From the NCBI GenBank assembly GCA_963643715.1, contig CAVILQ010000003.1, forward strand, positions 3,219 to 67,218: 64,000 bases of DNA. The letters are read 5' to 3'. Source of the stretch: a bacterium. Its GTDB lineage: Bacteria > Bacillota_I > Bacilli_A > RFN20 > CAG-288. The position numbers and the translations under genes are program-made. The notes under the pieces are model-generated. The model did no database searches. It was not told the origin of the DNA and saw nothing but the letters and a program-made list of their open reading frames with translations. Below are positions 1 through 9,851 of the stretch, piece after piece (position 1 is the first letter of the stretch; each line of letters starts with the position of its first letter).

Positions 1-83
1 CGATGGCTAAGATTTTGAAAGAGTATATCGATGCCGGCAAGTTAGGTATGTCCGCTGGCGAAGGATTCTACAAGTACAAATAA
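1..83 (+). CDS. 3-hydroxyacyl-CoA dehydrogenase family protein, C-terminal fragment (gene starts upstream of window)
   Basis: In-frame tail ...MAKILKEYIDAGKLGMSAGEGFYKYK* resembles the GxGFYxY C-terminus of 3-hydroxybutyryl-CoA dehydrogenases; only 27 codons visible. Confidence 0.4.
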   Translation, partial: MAKILKEYIDAGKLGMSAGEGFYKYK

Positions 84-87
84 ACGA

Positions 88-118
88 AAAAAGGAGTGGC
101 TCGTGCCACTCCTTTTTA
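88..118. terminator. Bidirectional rho-independent terminator (hairpin aaggagtggc-tcgt-gccactcctt flanked by A-run and T-run)
   Basis: Perfect 10-bp stem, tetraloop, T-run downstream; A-run upstream gives a T-run on minus strand for the convergent TetR gene. Confidence 0.6.
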
Positions 119-164
119 AACATATATTTATATATACAACTAAGTTTACTAATCTTTATCAATA

Positions 165-761
165 TTATTCTGCGACAGGGGCAGCTAGTCTTAACAAAGA
201 TTTGAATATCTGCTCTTCGGTGACAGTCTCGTTCTCTAGTACGCTGAAATAAAGGGTAGAAGCAAAGGCACCGGCGAAGAAATAGGCTGAGATCTTTGGA
301 TCGGCACGGGAAGTCAGGAAATGATCATATTTCTTATCGAGTTCTTCTAGAACTTCTTTGATGAACTTTGTGATGTTCCAATAAAGGCTTTTTGATTGGT
401 CTGCCTTTATCATCTTATCGATAGGAAGATTGCTTTCGTAGAAGGCGTGTACGACCTTCTCTAGACAGGTGCGGAAGAATATCTTCTTCAATGCGTGGAC
501 ATAATGATCAAGATAAGGCTGTATCTTCTTCATCAATTCTGTTCGATAACGGGTGAATAGGAAATTCAGAAGCTCGTTCTTATCCTGAAAGTTGTTGTAG
601 AACGTGTTCTTTGAAATCATTGCTTTGTCTGTGATGTCCTTTACGGATAGTTCATCATAGTTCTTTTCCTGAAGCAGTTCTTCTAATGCGTTAGCTAAAT
701 CTCTTTTCGTTCTTACGATTCTCGCGTCTTCTTTTTGACAATTTTCGACAGTGGGTGACAT
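165..761 (-). CDS. TetR/AcrR family transcriptional regulator
   Basis: N-terminal HTH: RTKRDLANALEELLQEKNYDELSVKDITDKAMISKNTFYNNF; ~200 aa; divergent from ABC operon. Confidence 0.85.
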   Translation of the reverse strand: MSPTVENCQKEDARIVRTKRDLANALEELLQEKNYDELSVKDITDKAMISKNTFYNNFQDKNELLNFLFTRYRTELMKKIQPYLDHYVHALKKIFFRTCLEKVVHAFYESNLPIDKMIKADQSKSLYWNITKFIKEVLEELDKKYDHFLTSRADPKISAYFFAGAFASTLYFSVLENETVTEEQIFKSLLRLAAPVAE

Positions 762-860
762 TTTGTTTAACCTTTCTTAACGAAGCAGAATTCTTTGAAA
801 AAATATTGAACTTTTCTCTTGATATTTTACTCGTACACAATTATTATAACATGCGTTGAG

Positions 861-883
861 TTATTGGACAAGTGTATCAATAA
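861..883. promoter_or_regulatory. Imperfect inverted repeat TTATTGgaca-N-tATCAATAA in TetR/ABC divergent intergenic region; candidate TetR operator
   Basis: IR seen in sequence between divergent genes, 20 nt upstream of the ABC gene RBS. Confidence 0.25.
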
Positions 884-905
884 CTTGGATGGAGGAAAAA
901 TTACA

Positions 906-1829
906 ATGGAACATGTCATTGAAATTAAAAATCTAACAAAAGACTATGGACAAGGACGTGGTGTCTTTGATGTTTCCTTCTTTGTTGACAAAGGAGAGGT
1001 CTTCGGCTTCTTAGGTCCTAACGGCGCTGGAAAATCAACAACGATTCGTCATTTGATGGGATTCTCTGTTCCGGATAAAGGTGAAACATTGATCAAGGGC
1101 GTGAATTCCTTGAAAGAGAGAGATGTGATTATGCAGGGGGTCTCTTATATCCCTGGTGAAATATCGTTGCCTGAGAATTTAAAAGGCAAGGAAGTCATTG
1201 AGGAGCAGATGAAACTCAAAGGTGTCACCAATACGACATTCCTCGATTGGCTGAAAGAGACATTTGAATTGGATGATTCCTTATACTGTAAGGAAATGTC
1301 ATTAGGCATGAAGAGAAAGATGGCGATTGTCTGCGCCTTCATGAATGATCCGGATGTTATCATCATGGATGAACCTTCCTCCGGCTTGGATCCTGAGATG
1401 CAGGAAAAGTTCGTCGAATTGATCCGCTTAGAGAAGAACAGAGGAAAAACCATTCTTCTCTCCTCACATATCTTCTCGGAAGTTGATGCTTGCTGCGACA
1501 GAATCGCAGTTATCAAGGATGGTAAGATTGTTTCACTCTTCATCGCTAATGAGCTGAAGCACAAGACGATCAAAACCTATCATGTCACCTATCCGAATGT
1601 AGACAGAAAGAATGAAGTGAAAGAATTGTTCGTCAATAACGGATATCAGGTTGATGATTCGACAGTGGATGAGAAGCGTATCACAATCCATGTGTCAGAA
1701 GATAAACTTCACGACTTCTTATCAATGCTTCCGAAGGACTTCACCGACTTCTCAGAAAAGAAAGAAACATTGGAAGACTACTTCATGTCCTTCTATAAGG
1801 AAGACAGAGAATACGGAGGAATCAAATGA
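906..1829 (+). CDS. ABC transporter ATP-binding protein (ABC-2 type)
   Basis: Walker A GPNGAGKST, signature LSLGMKRKMA, Walker B IIMDEPSSGLDP; start moved to MEHVIEIKNL with GGAGG RBS at ~890. Confidence 0.9.
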   Translation: MEHVIEIKNLTKDYGQGRGVFDVSFFVDKGEVFGFLGPNGAGKSTTIRHLMGFSVPDKGETLIKGVNSLKERDVIMQGVSYIPGEISLPENLKGKEVIEEQMKLKGVTNTTFLDWLKETFELDDSLYCKEMSLGMKRKMAIVCAFMNDPDVIIMDEPSSGLDPEMQEKFVELIRLEKNRGKTILLSSHIFSEVDACCDRIAVIKDGKIVSLFIANELKHKTIKTYHVTYPNVDRKNEVKELFVNNGYQVDDSTVDEKRITIHVSEDKLHDFLSMLPKDFTDFSEKKETLEDYFMSFYKEDREYGGIK

Positions 1830-2749
1830 TGAGCGAGAATCAAAAGACAGTCATCTATGTTGACCATGTCACAAAAGATTATGGCCAAGGTAGAGGAGAC
1901 TTCGATATCACACTAGATATCAAACAGGGTGAAACGATGGGTATTGTCGGAGAAAACGGTGCTGGAAAGACAACACTGATTCGACAGATGATGGGATTCA
2001 TCAAGCCTGATAAAGGTCACATCAATATCTATAACCTTGATGCTTACAAAGATAGCGCAAATACAAAACAGTATATCGGCTACATCCCTGGCGAAATCAA
2101 TTTCCCAGATGTGAAGACTGGTACAGAATTCCTCCATTCCTATGGCGAAAGCTTAGGAATGAAGAAAGACAACTTCGCCTATGCTGATGAAATCATTAAA
2201 AGAATGCAGCTCGATATTCGCGCCTATCCTAGAAGAATGAGTAAAGGTATGAAGCAGAAGACAGCTATTGTCTCAGCCTTTATGCTCAAAGCTCCTATCA
2301 TCATCATGGATGAGCCGACAACCGGTCTTGACCCATTGATGAGAGATGAACTTCTCACTCTTGTTGAAGAACAGAAGCAAAGAGGAGCAACGATGTTCAT
2401 CTCTTCTAACACGATTGAGGAATTGGAACGCGTCTGCGATAGAGTCGCACTGATCTCACAGGGACACATCGTCGATATCGCTAATGTGAAAGACATTAAG
2501 AACCGATATTTCCGCGATTTCAAGATCGAATTCAATAACGAAGAACAGTATGTCAATTTCCTAAAGGGAAGAGATGACATCATCCGTGTTCAGCCGGAAT
2601 TCAATCAGGTCACCTTACGAGTTGATAGAAAATGCGTTGACTTGCTACTTGATGATCTCAGCAAGTTAGATGTCAAATACATATCTGAAGTCAAATACAA
2701 TCTTGCGAATTACTTCAATGATATTCGCAAGTCCAAGAAAGGGGTGTAA
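1826..2749 (+). CDS. ABC transporter ATP-binding protein (second NBD subunit)
   Basis: Walker A GENGAGKTT, signature MSKGMKQKTA, Walker B IIMDEPTTGLDP; ATGA overlap with upstream gene. Confidence 0.9.
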   Translation: MMSENQKTVIYVDHVTKDYGQGRGDFDITLDIKQGETMGIVGENGAGKTTLIRQMMGFIKPDKGHINIYNLDAYKDSANTKQYIGYIPGEINFPDVKTGTEFLHSYGESLGMKKDNFAYADEIIKRMQLDIRAYPRRMSKGMKQKTAIVSAFMLKAPIIIMDEPTTGLDPLMRDELLTLVEEQKQRGATMFISSNTIEELERVCDRVALISQGHIVDIANVKDIKNRYFRDFKIEFNNEEQYVNFLKGRDDIIRVQPEFNQVTLRVDRKCVDLLLDDLSKLDVKYISEVKYNLANYFNDIRKSKKGV

Positions 2750-2751
2750 CT

Positions 2752-5136
2752 ATGTTAACTAGAGATGATTTACTTCTCGAAGGAGTAGAGCTTCCGAAAG
2801 AAGATAAAAAAATTGAGATGGCTCTTCCGCCGTCTTTGAACGGTCAGTCTAAGACTGGAAAAGAGCATAAGAGAATCTTCTCACCAGCTCTATTCAAAGA
2901 GTCTTTACGTTCGAATCGTGTTGGCTTGACTGTCGTTTCCATCGCCAACGCACTCATTATGGTCATCATCATCGTCATCCTTTCCACATTGAACATCAAT
3001 TCAACCAGTGATGCCTTAAAGGATCTGTTCAGCAATGCAGATACCGAGACGACTATCAAGACTGGTGCCATTTCCTTCTATTCCACATTCAGCAATTCTG
3101 CTGATGCCTATCTTACCTTTGAGGATTCAAAGAACACATTAGTCACAACGACAGAATCGGCAATCAATATGGTCAGCGATTCTGATACACAGACTCAGAT
3201 CAAATCCGCAAAGCTTATCTACGATGCAACTTACCGTCTTTCTTCCGGTACGGAAGATGAAAAGAACGCCACTGCAAAATCGACAACAATGTCTGCTGTT
3301 CAGACCATTTTGAACAACGATAGCACGAAGACAGAGGACGAGAAGAAAGTCGCTTTGACAGCCATCTCCTATTACTTCGACATCTATGCCAATGATAAGT
3401 CTGCTTCAACTGAAACCATTTTGAAACAGGCTATCCCGCTTACTATAACTGATGTCATCAGTGAACAGCAATCTCTTGATGATGATAAGAAAGCGGAAGT
3501 CAAGACAATCTACCAGAATGCCTTCACACGTGTCTTTGACAATAAGGAAGATAAGAGCAAGGTTTCCTTCGAGACTTCCCTCAACATCATGAAGGTTCTT
3601 GCCACTGGAATTCAGACCGATTTCGTCAATAATGCTGTTGAGCTTCTCTTGAATAAGTACAACGAAAATCAGGATGCTTATTTAGCTGATTCTAGCATTG
3701 AGAAGAATACTCTCTCCACTGCGATTCAGGACTATGTCCTTTCTACTGTTAAGGAATTTGCATATTATCAGTATTTGCCGGATTTCACGGTCGAGTATGT
3801 TACAAGTGACAGAGGCTATCCGGTCCGTTATGTGTCTACTGGCAAATATGCCGATAACGGAAATGAGATCATGCAGGAAATCGAAATCAAATCCTACAAT
3901 CCTTCTCTCTATACTAAGGTAAAAGGTGACATGGGCGCCAAAGCCAATATGCTTGAAAAGATGCATAAAGATGTCATCACTGGCGAAGGCTATACGGATA
4001 AGGAAATCGAAGATGCCAAGAAAGAGGCAGACGAGAACCTGGAAATGGTTGAGACCGAACTTGCTTCTTTCATGACAGATTTCCTCACAGTCGATAAGAA
4101 CAATAAGAACGACTACTATGATGGAACATCCATCAATCAGGAAAACCTTGCCAAGCGTGTCTCCAATATCGTCACTAATATGGCAGAGACTCAGCTCATC
4201 GACAAATACAATGAGTCACACGATGTCAAAATCTCTTCCGTTGATGAAATCACAAAGCAGAATTACAGCATGTCTGGTGCTGAAATGCTCAATACGGTCA
4301 GCGGCTATGTAGATAGCGGTATTGCTTCTTACAAGAGTTATCTTACCTCTTGCCAGAAGAAAGGCTATTCCGATATGGATTGCTTAATGGTTGCCACTGT
4401 CAAAGGAAGCACAGGCGTCATGAGTCAGCTTCCTGGAAAAGTCAGTGATTCCTTGACTGAGATGGGCAATATGAATACATACGGTATTATGGTTGGTGTC
4501 GTCGGATTCGGCATTGCTGCTTTGTTGATTCCGATGGTCTATACCATCATGACTGCCAACAATCTTGTTGCCAACAAGGTTGAGACCGGTTCTCTTGCCT
4601 TCACTCTTTCTACTCCTATCCGCCGTATCTCCTTCGTCTTCACCGAAGCCTGCTATCTCATCTTCACCGAACTTGTCATGGGCGCTACTTTGACTGTCGT
4701 CTCTGTCATCACTCAGATGTTAGGTGTTGCCTGCGGTGGTACCGATTTGCTTACATCCTTGCCAATACATGATATCTGCTTCTATGCATTAGGCAACTTC
4801 CTTGTCACCCTTGCAGTCTCTGGTATCTGCTTCTTCGCTTCCTGCTTCTTCAACAAGTCTTCTCAGGCTATTGCCTGCGGTGGCGGTATCACAATCGCAT
4901 TCTTCATCTTCTCCATCCTTGGTCTATTCGGTACTCCGGCTATCCCTGGAACGGTCAGAATCGAAGCTATGAATTACTTCAACTACTTCACAATCGATTC
5001 TCTCTTCGATGCTATGGCTGTCATGAACAAGGATTGGCTGACTTATGGCTTGAAGCTGATGGGTCTTGTCCTCATCACTCTTGTTACCTACATTGTCGGT
5101 ATGGGAAGATTCACCAAGAAGGATTTACCACTCTAA
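2752..5136 (+). CDS. ABC-2 family transporter permease with large (~480 aa) extracytoplasmic domain
   Basis: N-terminal TM (LTVVSIANALIMVIIIVILSTL), long polar middle, C-terminal cluster of ~5 TM helices (GIMVGVVGFGIAALLIPMVY...; ABC-2/YhgE-like); 3 nt after ATPase gene. Confidence 0.6.
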   Translation: MLTRDDLLLEGVELPKEDKKIEMALPPSLNGQSKTGKEHKRIFSPALFKESLRSNRVGLTVVSIANALIMVIIIVILSTLNINSTSDALKDLFSNADTETTIKTGAISFYSTFSNSADAYLTFEDSKNTLVTTTESAINMVSDSDTQTQIKSAKLIYDATYRLSSGTEDEKNATAKSTTMSAVQTILNNDSTKTEDEKKVALTAISYYFDIYANDKSASTETILKQAIPLTITDVISEQQSLDDDKKAEVKTIYQNAFTRVFDNKEDKSKVSFETSLNIMKVLATGIQTDFVNNAVELLLNKYNENQDAYLADSSIEKNTLSTAIQDYVLSTVKEFAYYQYLPDFTVEYVTSDRGYPVRYVSTGKYADNGNEIMQEIEIKSYNPSLYTKVKGDMGAKANMLEKMHKDVITGEGYTDKEIEDAKKEADENLEMVETELASFMTDFLTVDKNNKNDYYDGTSINQENLAKRVSNIVTNMAETQLIDKYNESHDVKISSVDEITKQNYSMSGAEMLNTVSGYVDSGIASYKSYLTSCQKKGYSDMDCLMVATVKGSTGVMSQLPGKVSDSLTEMGNMNTYGIMVGVVGFGIAALLIPMVYTIMTANNLVANKVETGSLAFTLSTPIRRISFVFTEACYLIFTELVMGATLTVVSVITQMLGVACGGTDLLTSLPIHDICFYALGNFLVTLAVSGICFFASCFFNKSSQAIACGGGITIAFFIFSILGLFGTPAIPGTVRIEAMNYFNYFTIDSLFDAMAVMNKDWLTYGLKLMGLVLITLVTYIVGMGRFTKKDLPL

Positions 5137-5149
5137 ATCCTATCGATAT

Positions 5150-5182
5150 GACGGAAGCGGGCAAAACCGCTTCCGTTTTTCC
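5150..5182 (+). terminator. Rho-independent terminator after permease gene
   Basis: Hairpin cggaagcggg-caaaa-ccgcttccg followed by TTTTT. Confidence 0.6.
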
Positions 5183-5244
5183 TTGCCTGAAAACAGACTT
5201 CTTTTTCTTTTGTTCTTGGATATATATCTTCTTGAGGACACAAC

Positions 5245-5829
5245 ATGATAGATAATACCAAGAAGACGTTTTTCGAAATTAGAGTGCTTCAGGAAGCATT
5301 GAAAGATATTTCCTTTCTAGAAGAAATACTGCGGATACTGTTGTTTGATGAATCTTTGACTCTTGTCAAATGTGAGGAAAATAAACTGATTTCGATTGAA
5401 GAAAGCATCGTATTCTCTTATGACTTTGTCGCTTTCGGAAAAGAAAAAGGAATCTACGGAATCTGTCTTCTTGATCGTTACGAGAAAGAGATGAAAAATG
5501 ATTTCCTTTCCATTCATGGTCTATTGAGAAACACATATGATAAAGAGAATAGAAGAGATGACATCTATACACTATGCTTCTGTAAAGGAGAGGAAGAGAA
5601 AAGACAATCCTACTACATCCCAGAAATCGATTTAGTTCAGATGTTCGGAAAATATGAATTTATCGACAAAGGGATCCGTTTCTTTGTGCTTCAGAAGATA
5701 GCTAAGCCAGCATCCATGCTAGAATCCGTCATAAATGACTTTGCATGTGAAGAAATATCCGACATTCAAAATGAGTTCATACGCGAGAAATTAGAATGGA
5801 CACTATGGGAGTTGAAGTATAAGAAGTAA
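5245..5829 (+). CDS. hypothetical protein (194 aa, no recognised motif)
   Basis: ORF with protein-like composition between terminator and next promoter; no family recognised. Confidence 0.4.
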   Translation: MIDNTKKTFFEIRVLQEALKDISFLEEILRILLFDESLTLVKCEENKLISIEESIVFSYDFVAFGKEKGIYGICLLDRYEKEMKNDFLSIHGLLRNTYDKENRRDDIYTLCFCKGEEEKRQSYYIPEIDLVQMFGKYEFIDKGIRFFVLQKIAKPASMLESVINDFACEEISDIQNEFIREKLEWTLWELKYKK

Positions 5830-5986
5830 AGAATAAGTAACGACTTGAAACTATGCTTTGAATTGGATTTTACGTCTTCCTTTTCATTGAATCTGGTGAT
5901 CAAAAAAACAAAAGTGATAAAAGCGCTTTCATAGGAATGCCGTTGGATTTTGATTTGATATACTAAGTTGAAAGAGAGATTACATC

Positions 5987-8056
5987 ATGAAATCACGTAA
6001 GTCTAGACGATTGAGTGTAGTGGCTTTGGCTGTTGTTTCTTTATTGGCTGTCGGCTGTTCCAAAGATGATTCTACTGTTTCTTCTTCTTCTTCTTCTAAC
6101 ACCGAAAACAGTGCAACATCGGAAACAAAGCCGGAAGTCGTTCTGAATGTTTCTGACGCTGTTGACATTGCTAAGCTTGGCGAGGAAAAAGAGTACACAG
6201 TCCGTGGAGAAATCAAATCCTTCCAAAGTTATTACTATGGTCAGCTCACTTTGACAGATGGAACGAATGATCTTCCTGTCTATGGCTGTTATGCTCTTGC
6301 CGCAGATGGTTCAAGCATCTATTTCGATGATATGGATTATATTCCTGTCGTCGGCGATACCATCACTGTCAAAGGTGTCTTGAAGACTTATAAGGGTGAA
6401 GCTGAATTAGGAAAGTCTGTCATTCAGAAGATTGAACAGGGTGAACATAAACCGGTTGATACGACTGGTTATACAGAGATGTCCATCAAGGATACAAGAA
6501 GTGCTGCGGTCGGTACAAAGGTTAAGATCACTGGCGTTGTCGCTAAGAGAACACACACCCAGAAGATGAACTACAACGGATTCCTCATTGTTGACGAGAC
6601 AGGTTCCACATTCGTATATGGAGGTGCAACTGCTGTCCAGGTCAAGGAAGGAAATCAGGTCACTGTCATCGGTGAAATCGATCATTATATTGCAACAAAT
6701 GAAGCCTCTGCTGCTGAGAAAATCGGTTATCAGGGTGCCATGCAGATTTCCAATGTTTCTTTAGTCTCCAATGATAAGGAGAAACATGAATTCTCCAAAG
6801 AAGGCATCGAGGATACAACGGTCAAAGCAATTCTTGATACCGATGTCAAGGATGAGAACATCACTGCAAATATCTATCATGTCAGTGCCATTATCAACAA
6901 GTCTGAATCGGATAGTATCTTGAATTATTACATCGATGATTTGGATAATAAGACGGGCTCTTATGTCTATACTTCTAACAACAATTCTGACTTCTCTTAT
7001 CTTGATGAATATGTTGGAAAGGTTGTTGATCTCTATGTTTCTCCTATCAACTGCAAGTCTACTTCCACTGGTGCCGTTTATCGTTTCGTTCCTGTCGCCA
7101 TTTCCTCTATCGATGATTATCAGTTTGATATGAATCTTGCTCCGAAGTTTGTCATGGATTATATCGCCTTACCTCAGTTTGAGACCACATATGCCGGTGA
7201 TCCGAACATGGAAGTCATCACTTCCTATTCTTCTGATATCATCCATATGAGCGAAGTCACGGTCAGCTATTCTTCTACAAATACAGAATTAGCTTATTTC
7301 GAAGAAAAGGATGGGAAGACTTACTTCCATATCAATGCTGTCTCTGACTCTACGTCTCAGATTATTGTTAAGGCAGAGTACGGCGATGTCTCTTTGACAA
7401 AGTCTATCAATGTCACATATGAGAATGTCGCTGATGATGCTATTTCAGTAAAGGATGCCATCGATGCTGAAGTCGGTGCTGAAATTAAAGTCCGTGGCGT
7501 TGTCGCTGCTAGAACCGTTTCTAAGATTGGTGTCTACCTTATTGATGAGTCCGGTGTCATATCTTGTCTATTGACAAGCAATGATGAACTTAACAAATTG
7601 AACAATGGCGATGAGGTTGTTCTCTCAGGAAAGAGAAATGTCTTCAAAGATCATCAAATCATACTTGATGGATCAACTGTCCTTGGTGTCCTTTCTACAG
7701 GCAATACCTATTCCACAGCCAGCTTTGAGGAGAAAACAATTCCTCAGATTCTCGAAGGTTATACGGATGCGGATACTGCTAAAGTCTACAAGACATCTGC
7801 TTATGTCTTTAAGACCGATGCCAATTATCCTCAGATTAGATTCTACGAGAACGAGGATGCGTCTAAAGATGAGGAAAGTGTTTACCTCTGGATGCATTCT
7901 AGTACCAGTGATAATTTTAAATTCTTAGAAGAGTTTGTTGGAAAACAGGTTACAATGGAAGTTGCCATGGTCAATTGGAACAATAAGGTCAAATGCTGTC
8001 CTATCTCCTTAAATGATGGAGAAAAGACAATCATCAATCCTGTTCACACTGCTTAA
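5987..8056 (+). CDS. lipoprotein with three OB-fold (tRNA_anti/YhcR-like) nucleic-acid-binding-type domains and an Ig-like domain
   Basis: Signal + lipobox LLAVGCSK; three repeats VRGEIKSF...GQLTLTDGT, VKITGVVAKR...GFLIVDETGS, IKVRGVVAAR...GVYLIDESGV typical of YhcR-type OB folds; BIG2-like segment HINAVSDSTSQIIVKAEYGDVSLTKSINVTY. Confidence 0.7.
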   Translation: MKSRKSRRLSVVALAVVSLLAVGCSKDDSTVSSSSSSNTENSATSETKPEVVLNVSDAVDIAKLGEEKEYTVRGEIKSFQSYYYGQLTLTDGTNDLPVYGCYALAADGSSIYFDDMDYIPVVGDTITVKGVLKTYKGEAELGKSVIQKIEQGEHKPVDTTGYTEMSIKDTRSAAVGTKVKITGVVAKRTHTQKMNYNGFLIVDETGSTFVYGGATAVQVKEGNQVTVIGEIDHYIATNEASAAEKIGYQGAMQISNVSLVSNDKEKHEFSKEGIEDTTVKAILDTDVKDENITANIYHVSAIINKSESDSILNYYIDDLDNKTGSYVYTSNNNSDFSYLDEYVGKVVDLYVSPINCKSTSTGAVYRFVPVAISSIDDYQFDMNLAPKFVMDYIALPQFETTYAGDPNMEVITSYSSDIIHMSEVTVSYSSTNTELAYFEEKDGKTYFHINAVSDSTSQIIVKAEYGDVSLTKSINVTYENVADDAISVKDAIDAEVGAEIKVRGVVAARTVSKIGVYLIDESGVISCLLTSNDELNKLNNGDEVVLSGKRNVFKDHQIILDGSTVLGVLSTGNTYSTASFEEKTIPQILEGYTDADTAKVYKTSAYVFKTDANYPQIRFYENEDASKDEESVYLWMHSSTSDNFKFLEEFVGKQVTMEVAMVNWNNKVKCCPISLNDGEKTIINPVHTA

Positions 8057-8068
8057 TCGTTGAAATAT

Positions 8069-8102
8069 AGCCATCATCTTAAACATTGGTGATGGCTTTT
8101 TC
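8069..8102 (+). terminator. Rho-independent terminator
   Basis: Hairpin agccatcatc...gatggct followed by TTTTT. Confidence 0.6.
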
Positions 8103-8107
8103 AGACA

Positions 8108-8138
8108 AAGAAAAAGCTAGCCCGAGAGCTAGCTTTTA
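8108..8138 (-). terminator. Rho-independent terminator for minus-strand lipoprotein gene
   Basis: Hairpin aagctagc-ccgag-agctagctt with A-run on plus (T-run on minus). Confidence 0.55.
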
Positions 8139-8164
8139 TTGGTTGGCAAATGTTTGTAAGATAA

Positions 8165-9244
8165 TTATGCGATAGTGTTGATGCTAGTAGCTGTGTATGC
8201 GCTTGTGTCAACAGTCGGGAACTTGACATCATTTCCTCTGAGGAATTCGAACTTAAGTCCGAAGGAAACGTTTCCACTATAATTCATCTTGTAACCCATG
8301 TCGGTTGTTCCTAAATCGACGGTTGTAGTGATGCCTAATGTTGCATCGATACCGAAGGAAACGAATCCGCTCTCATTGAAGATAAGAGCATAACTGAAGG
8401 AAGAATCAGCTCCGAAGGTGTAGGAGAGACTATTGGAAGCAGAGGTATCAGAAGAAACCTCTTCATTGAGCTTTGTTCCGGTAAGTTTTCCGCTATAGGA
8501 ATAACCGGCTTTTCCGTGATCCTTGAATTCTCCATCATCCGGAAGAGAAGAGTAGAATTCTTCATAGGCTTCATCGAATTCTGTTGTGTCAATGTTGCTA
8601 ATAAGCGGGAAGTCTTCGTCGCTCATGTTGAGAGCGACTTTGGCTTTTCCACTGGCAGGAAGGGAACTAGTGTACTGGCCTAAGAAAGTTGAGAGAAGAG
8701 AGAATACCTGCTTGTTGGATAGATCGACATACAGGTTCTTCTCGAAGATATCGGCAGAGACAGCATAGTCACCCTTGAACTCAGCATTTGTGCTAGGTGT
8801 AGCTGCGGTATTAGCGACTGCAGTCGGAACAGCAATCTGAGTGTTATAGGTTGTGTTGTAATTTCCGTTAATATTGATGGAAGCGGAAAGGGTAGCACGG
8901 AAATCGTTGGCGCTTGTTCCGGTATGGCCCTTGACGCCGAAGTCGATCTTTCCGTTCTTTGCTTCAATCTTGGAAGAGATGGTGGCAATAGACTGATTGG
9001 CGATAGTGATTCCGCCAGTGAAAGATTCGCTGAAGTGGGCACCGCTGATGGAGAAACCGAATGCGTCGCTGTCTCCTTCCGGTTCGACTTCGCTCTTTAC
9101 GGCAGCCTTAAGCTTTTCTTTTCCGACAGCTCTATCGATTGCAGTGCCATTGTTCGGAAGTTTTGTTTCATTTCCTGTGCTTCCACTGCAGGATGTAATC
9201 AAAATGGGTAAAAACAATAATGAGATTAAATTTTTCTTTTTCAT
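8165..9244 (-). CDS. lipoprotein, function unknown (Ser/Thr/Gly/Asn-rich)
   Basis: MKKKNLISLLFLPILITSCSGS signal peptide with lipobox; no catalytic motif recognised. Confidence 0.6.
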   Translation of the reverse strand: MKKKNLISLLFLPILITSCSGSTGNETKLPNNGTAIDRAVGKEKLKAAVKSEVEPEGDSDAFGFSISGAHFSESFTGGITIANQSIATISSKIEAKNGKIDFGVKGHTGTSANDFRATLSASININGNYNTTYNTQIAVPTAVANTAATPSTNAEFKGDYAVSADIFEKNLYVDLSNKQVFSLLSTFLGQYTSSLPASGKAKVALNMSDEDFPLISNIDTTEFDEAYEEFYSSLPDDGEFKDHGKAGYSYSGKLTGTKLNEEVSSDTSASNSLSYTFGADSSFSYALIFNESGFVSFGIDATLGITTTVDLGTTDMGYKMNYSGNVSFGLKFEFLRGNDVKFPTVDTSAYTATSINTIA

Positions 9245-9475
9245 AGGATTGTCCTCCTGTTCCTATACTAAAAACATTATAATTCAAAAAATGGAAAAAG
9301 TCAAAAAAACCAGCAGGAAATTCGTTCTTATACATGTGTTGTTATCTTTATTCGTTTTTATTAAACAAAATTCAATTTATTGTCTAACGTTCGATGAAAT
9401 CTTTATCTTACTACTTTAAGAAAACTTTAAAGTTGTTTTATTGAAACGCTAAAAAGGCGCTAAATGAACAGAGGG

Positions 9476-9850
9476 TCAGTGCTCGTTGATTCTGTCTTTT
9501 ATGATAGCAAGGATTTCATTGCTATCAATGCCTAATGATTTCAGATGATCAATTTGCTTGATCATCGTATTTTCAGTGATTTTCTTCTTGATGATTCTGA
9601 TCTGCTCTTCACTCATTTCACTGACATAAAAGCCTTTTCCGGGGAAGGAGTAAACAAAGCCATTTTGTTGTAGATTTTCATACGCTTTTTTGACAGTGAT
9701 GACAGAAACATTCAGTTCACATGCTAATTGTCTTATCGAAGGTAGCATAGTGTTCTGCACAATTTTTCCATTCAATATCTCGGTTATGATGGTTTCCTCT
9801 ATTTGCTTGTAAATTGGTAAGTCCGATGTGGTTGTGATTAGAATATCCAT
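9476..9850 (-). CDS. GntR family (YtrA-like) transcriptional regulator
   Basis: Winged HTH: LPSIRQLACELNVSVITVKKAYENLQQNGFVYSFPGKGFYV; 124 aa, short YtrA-type; in operon with ABC genes. Confidence 0.85.
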   Translation of the reverse strand: MDILITTTSDLPIYKQIEETIITEILNGKIVQNTMLPSIRQLACELNVSVITVKKAYENLQQNGFVYSFPGKGFYVSEMSEEQIRIIKKKITENTMIKQIDHLKSLGIDSNEILAIIKDRINEH

Positions 9851-9851
9851 A

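Noticed and set aside
1145-2583. Antisense ORFs (142 aa, 119 aa) inside the two ABC ATPase genes
   Set aside because: Embedded opposite strongly supported Walker-motif genes. Low-complexity S/I/F-rich translations.
8680-9419. Several 95-140 aa ORFs on both strands overlapping the 8165-9244 lipoprotein gene
   Set aside because: They overlap a gene with a clean signal peptide and lipobox. They have biased composition and no RBS.
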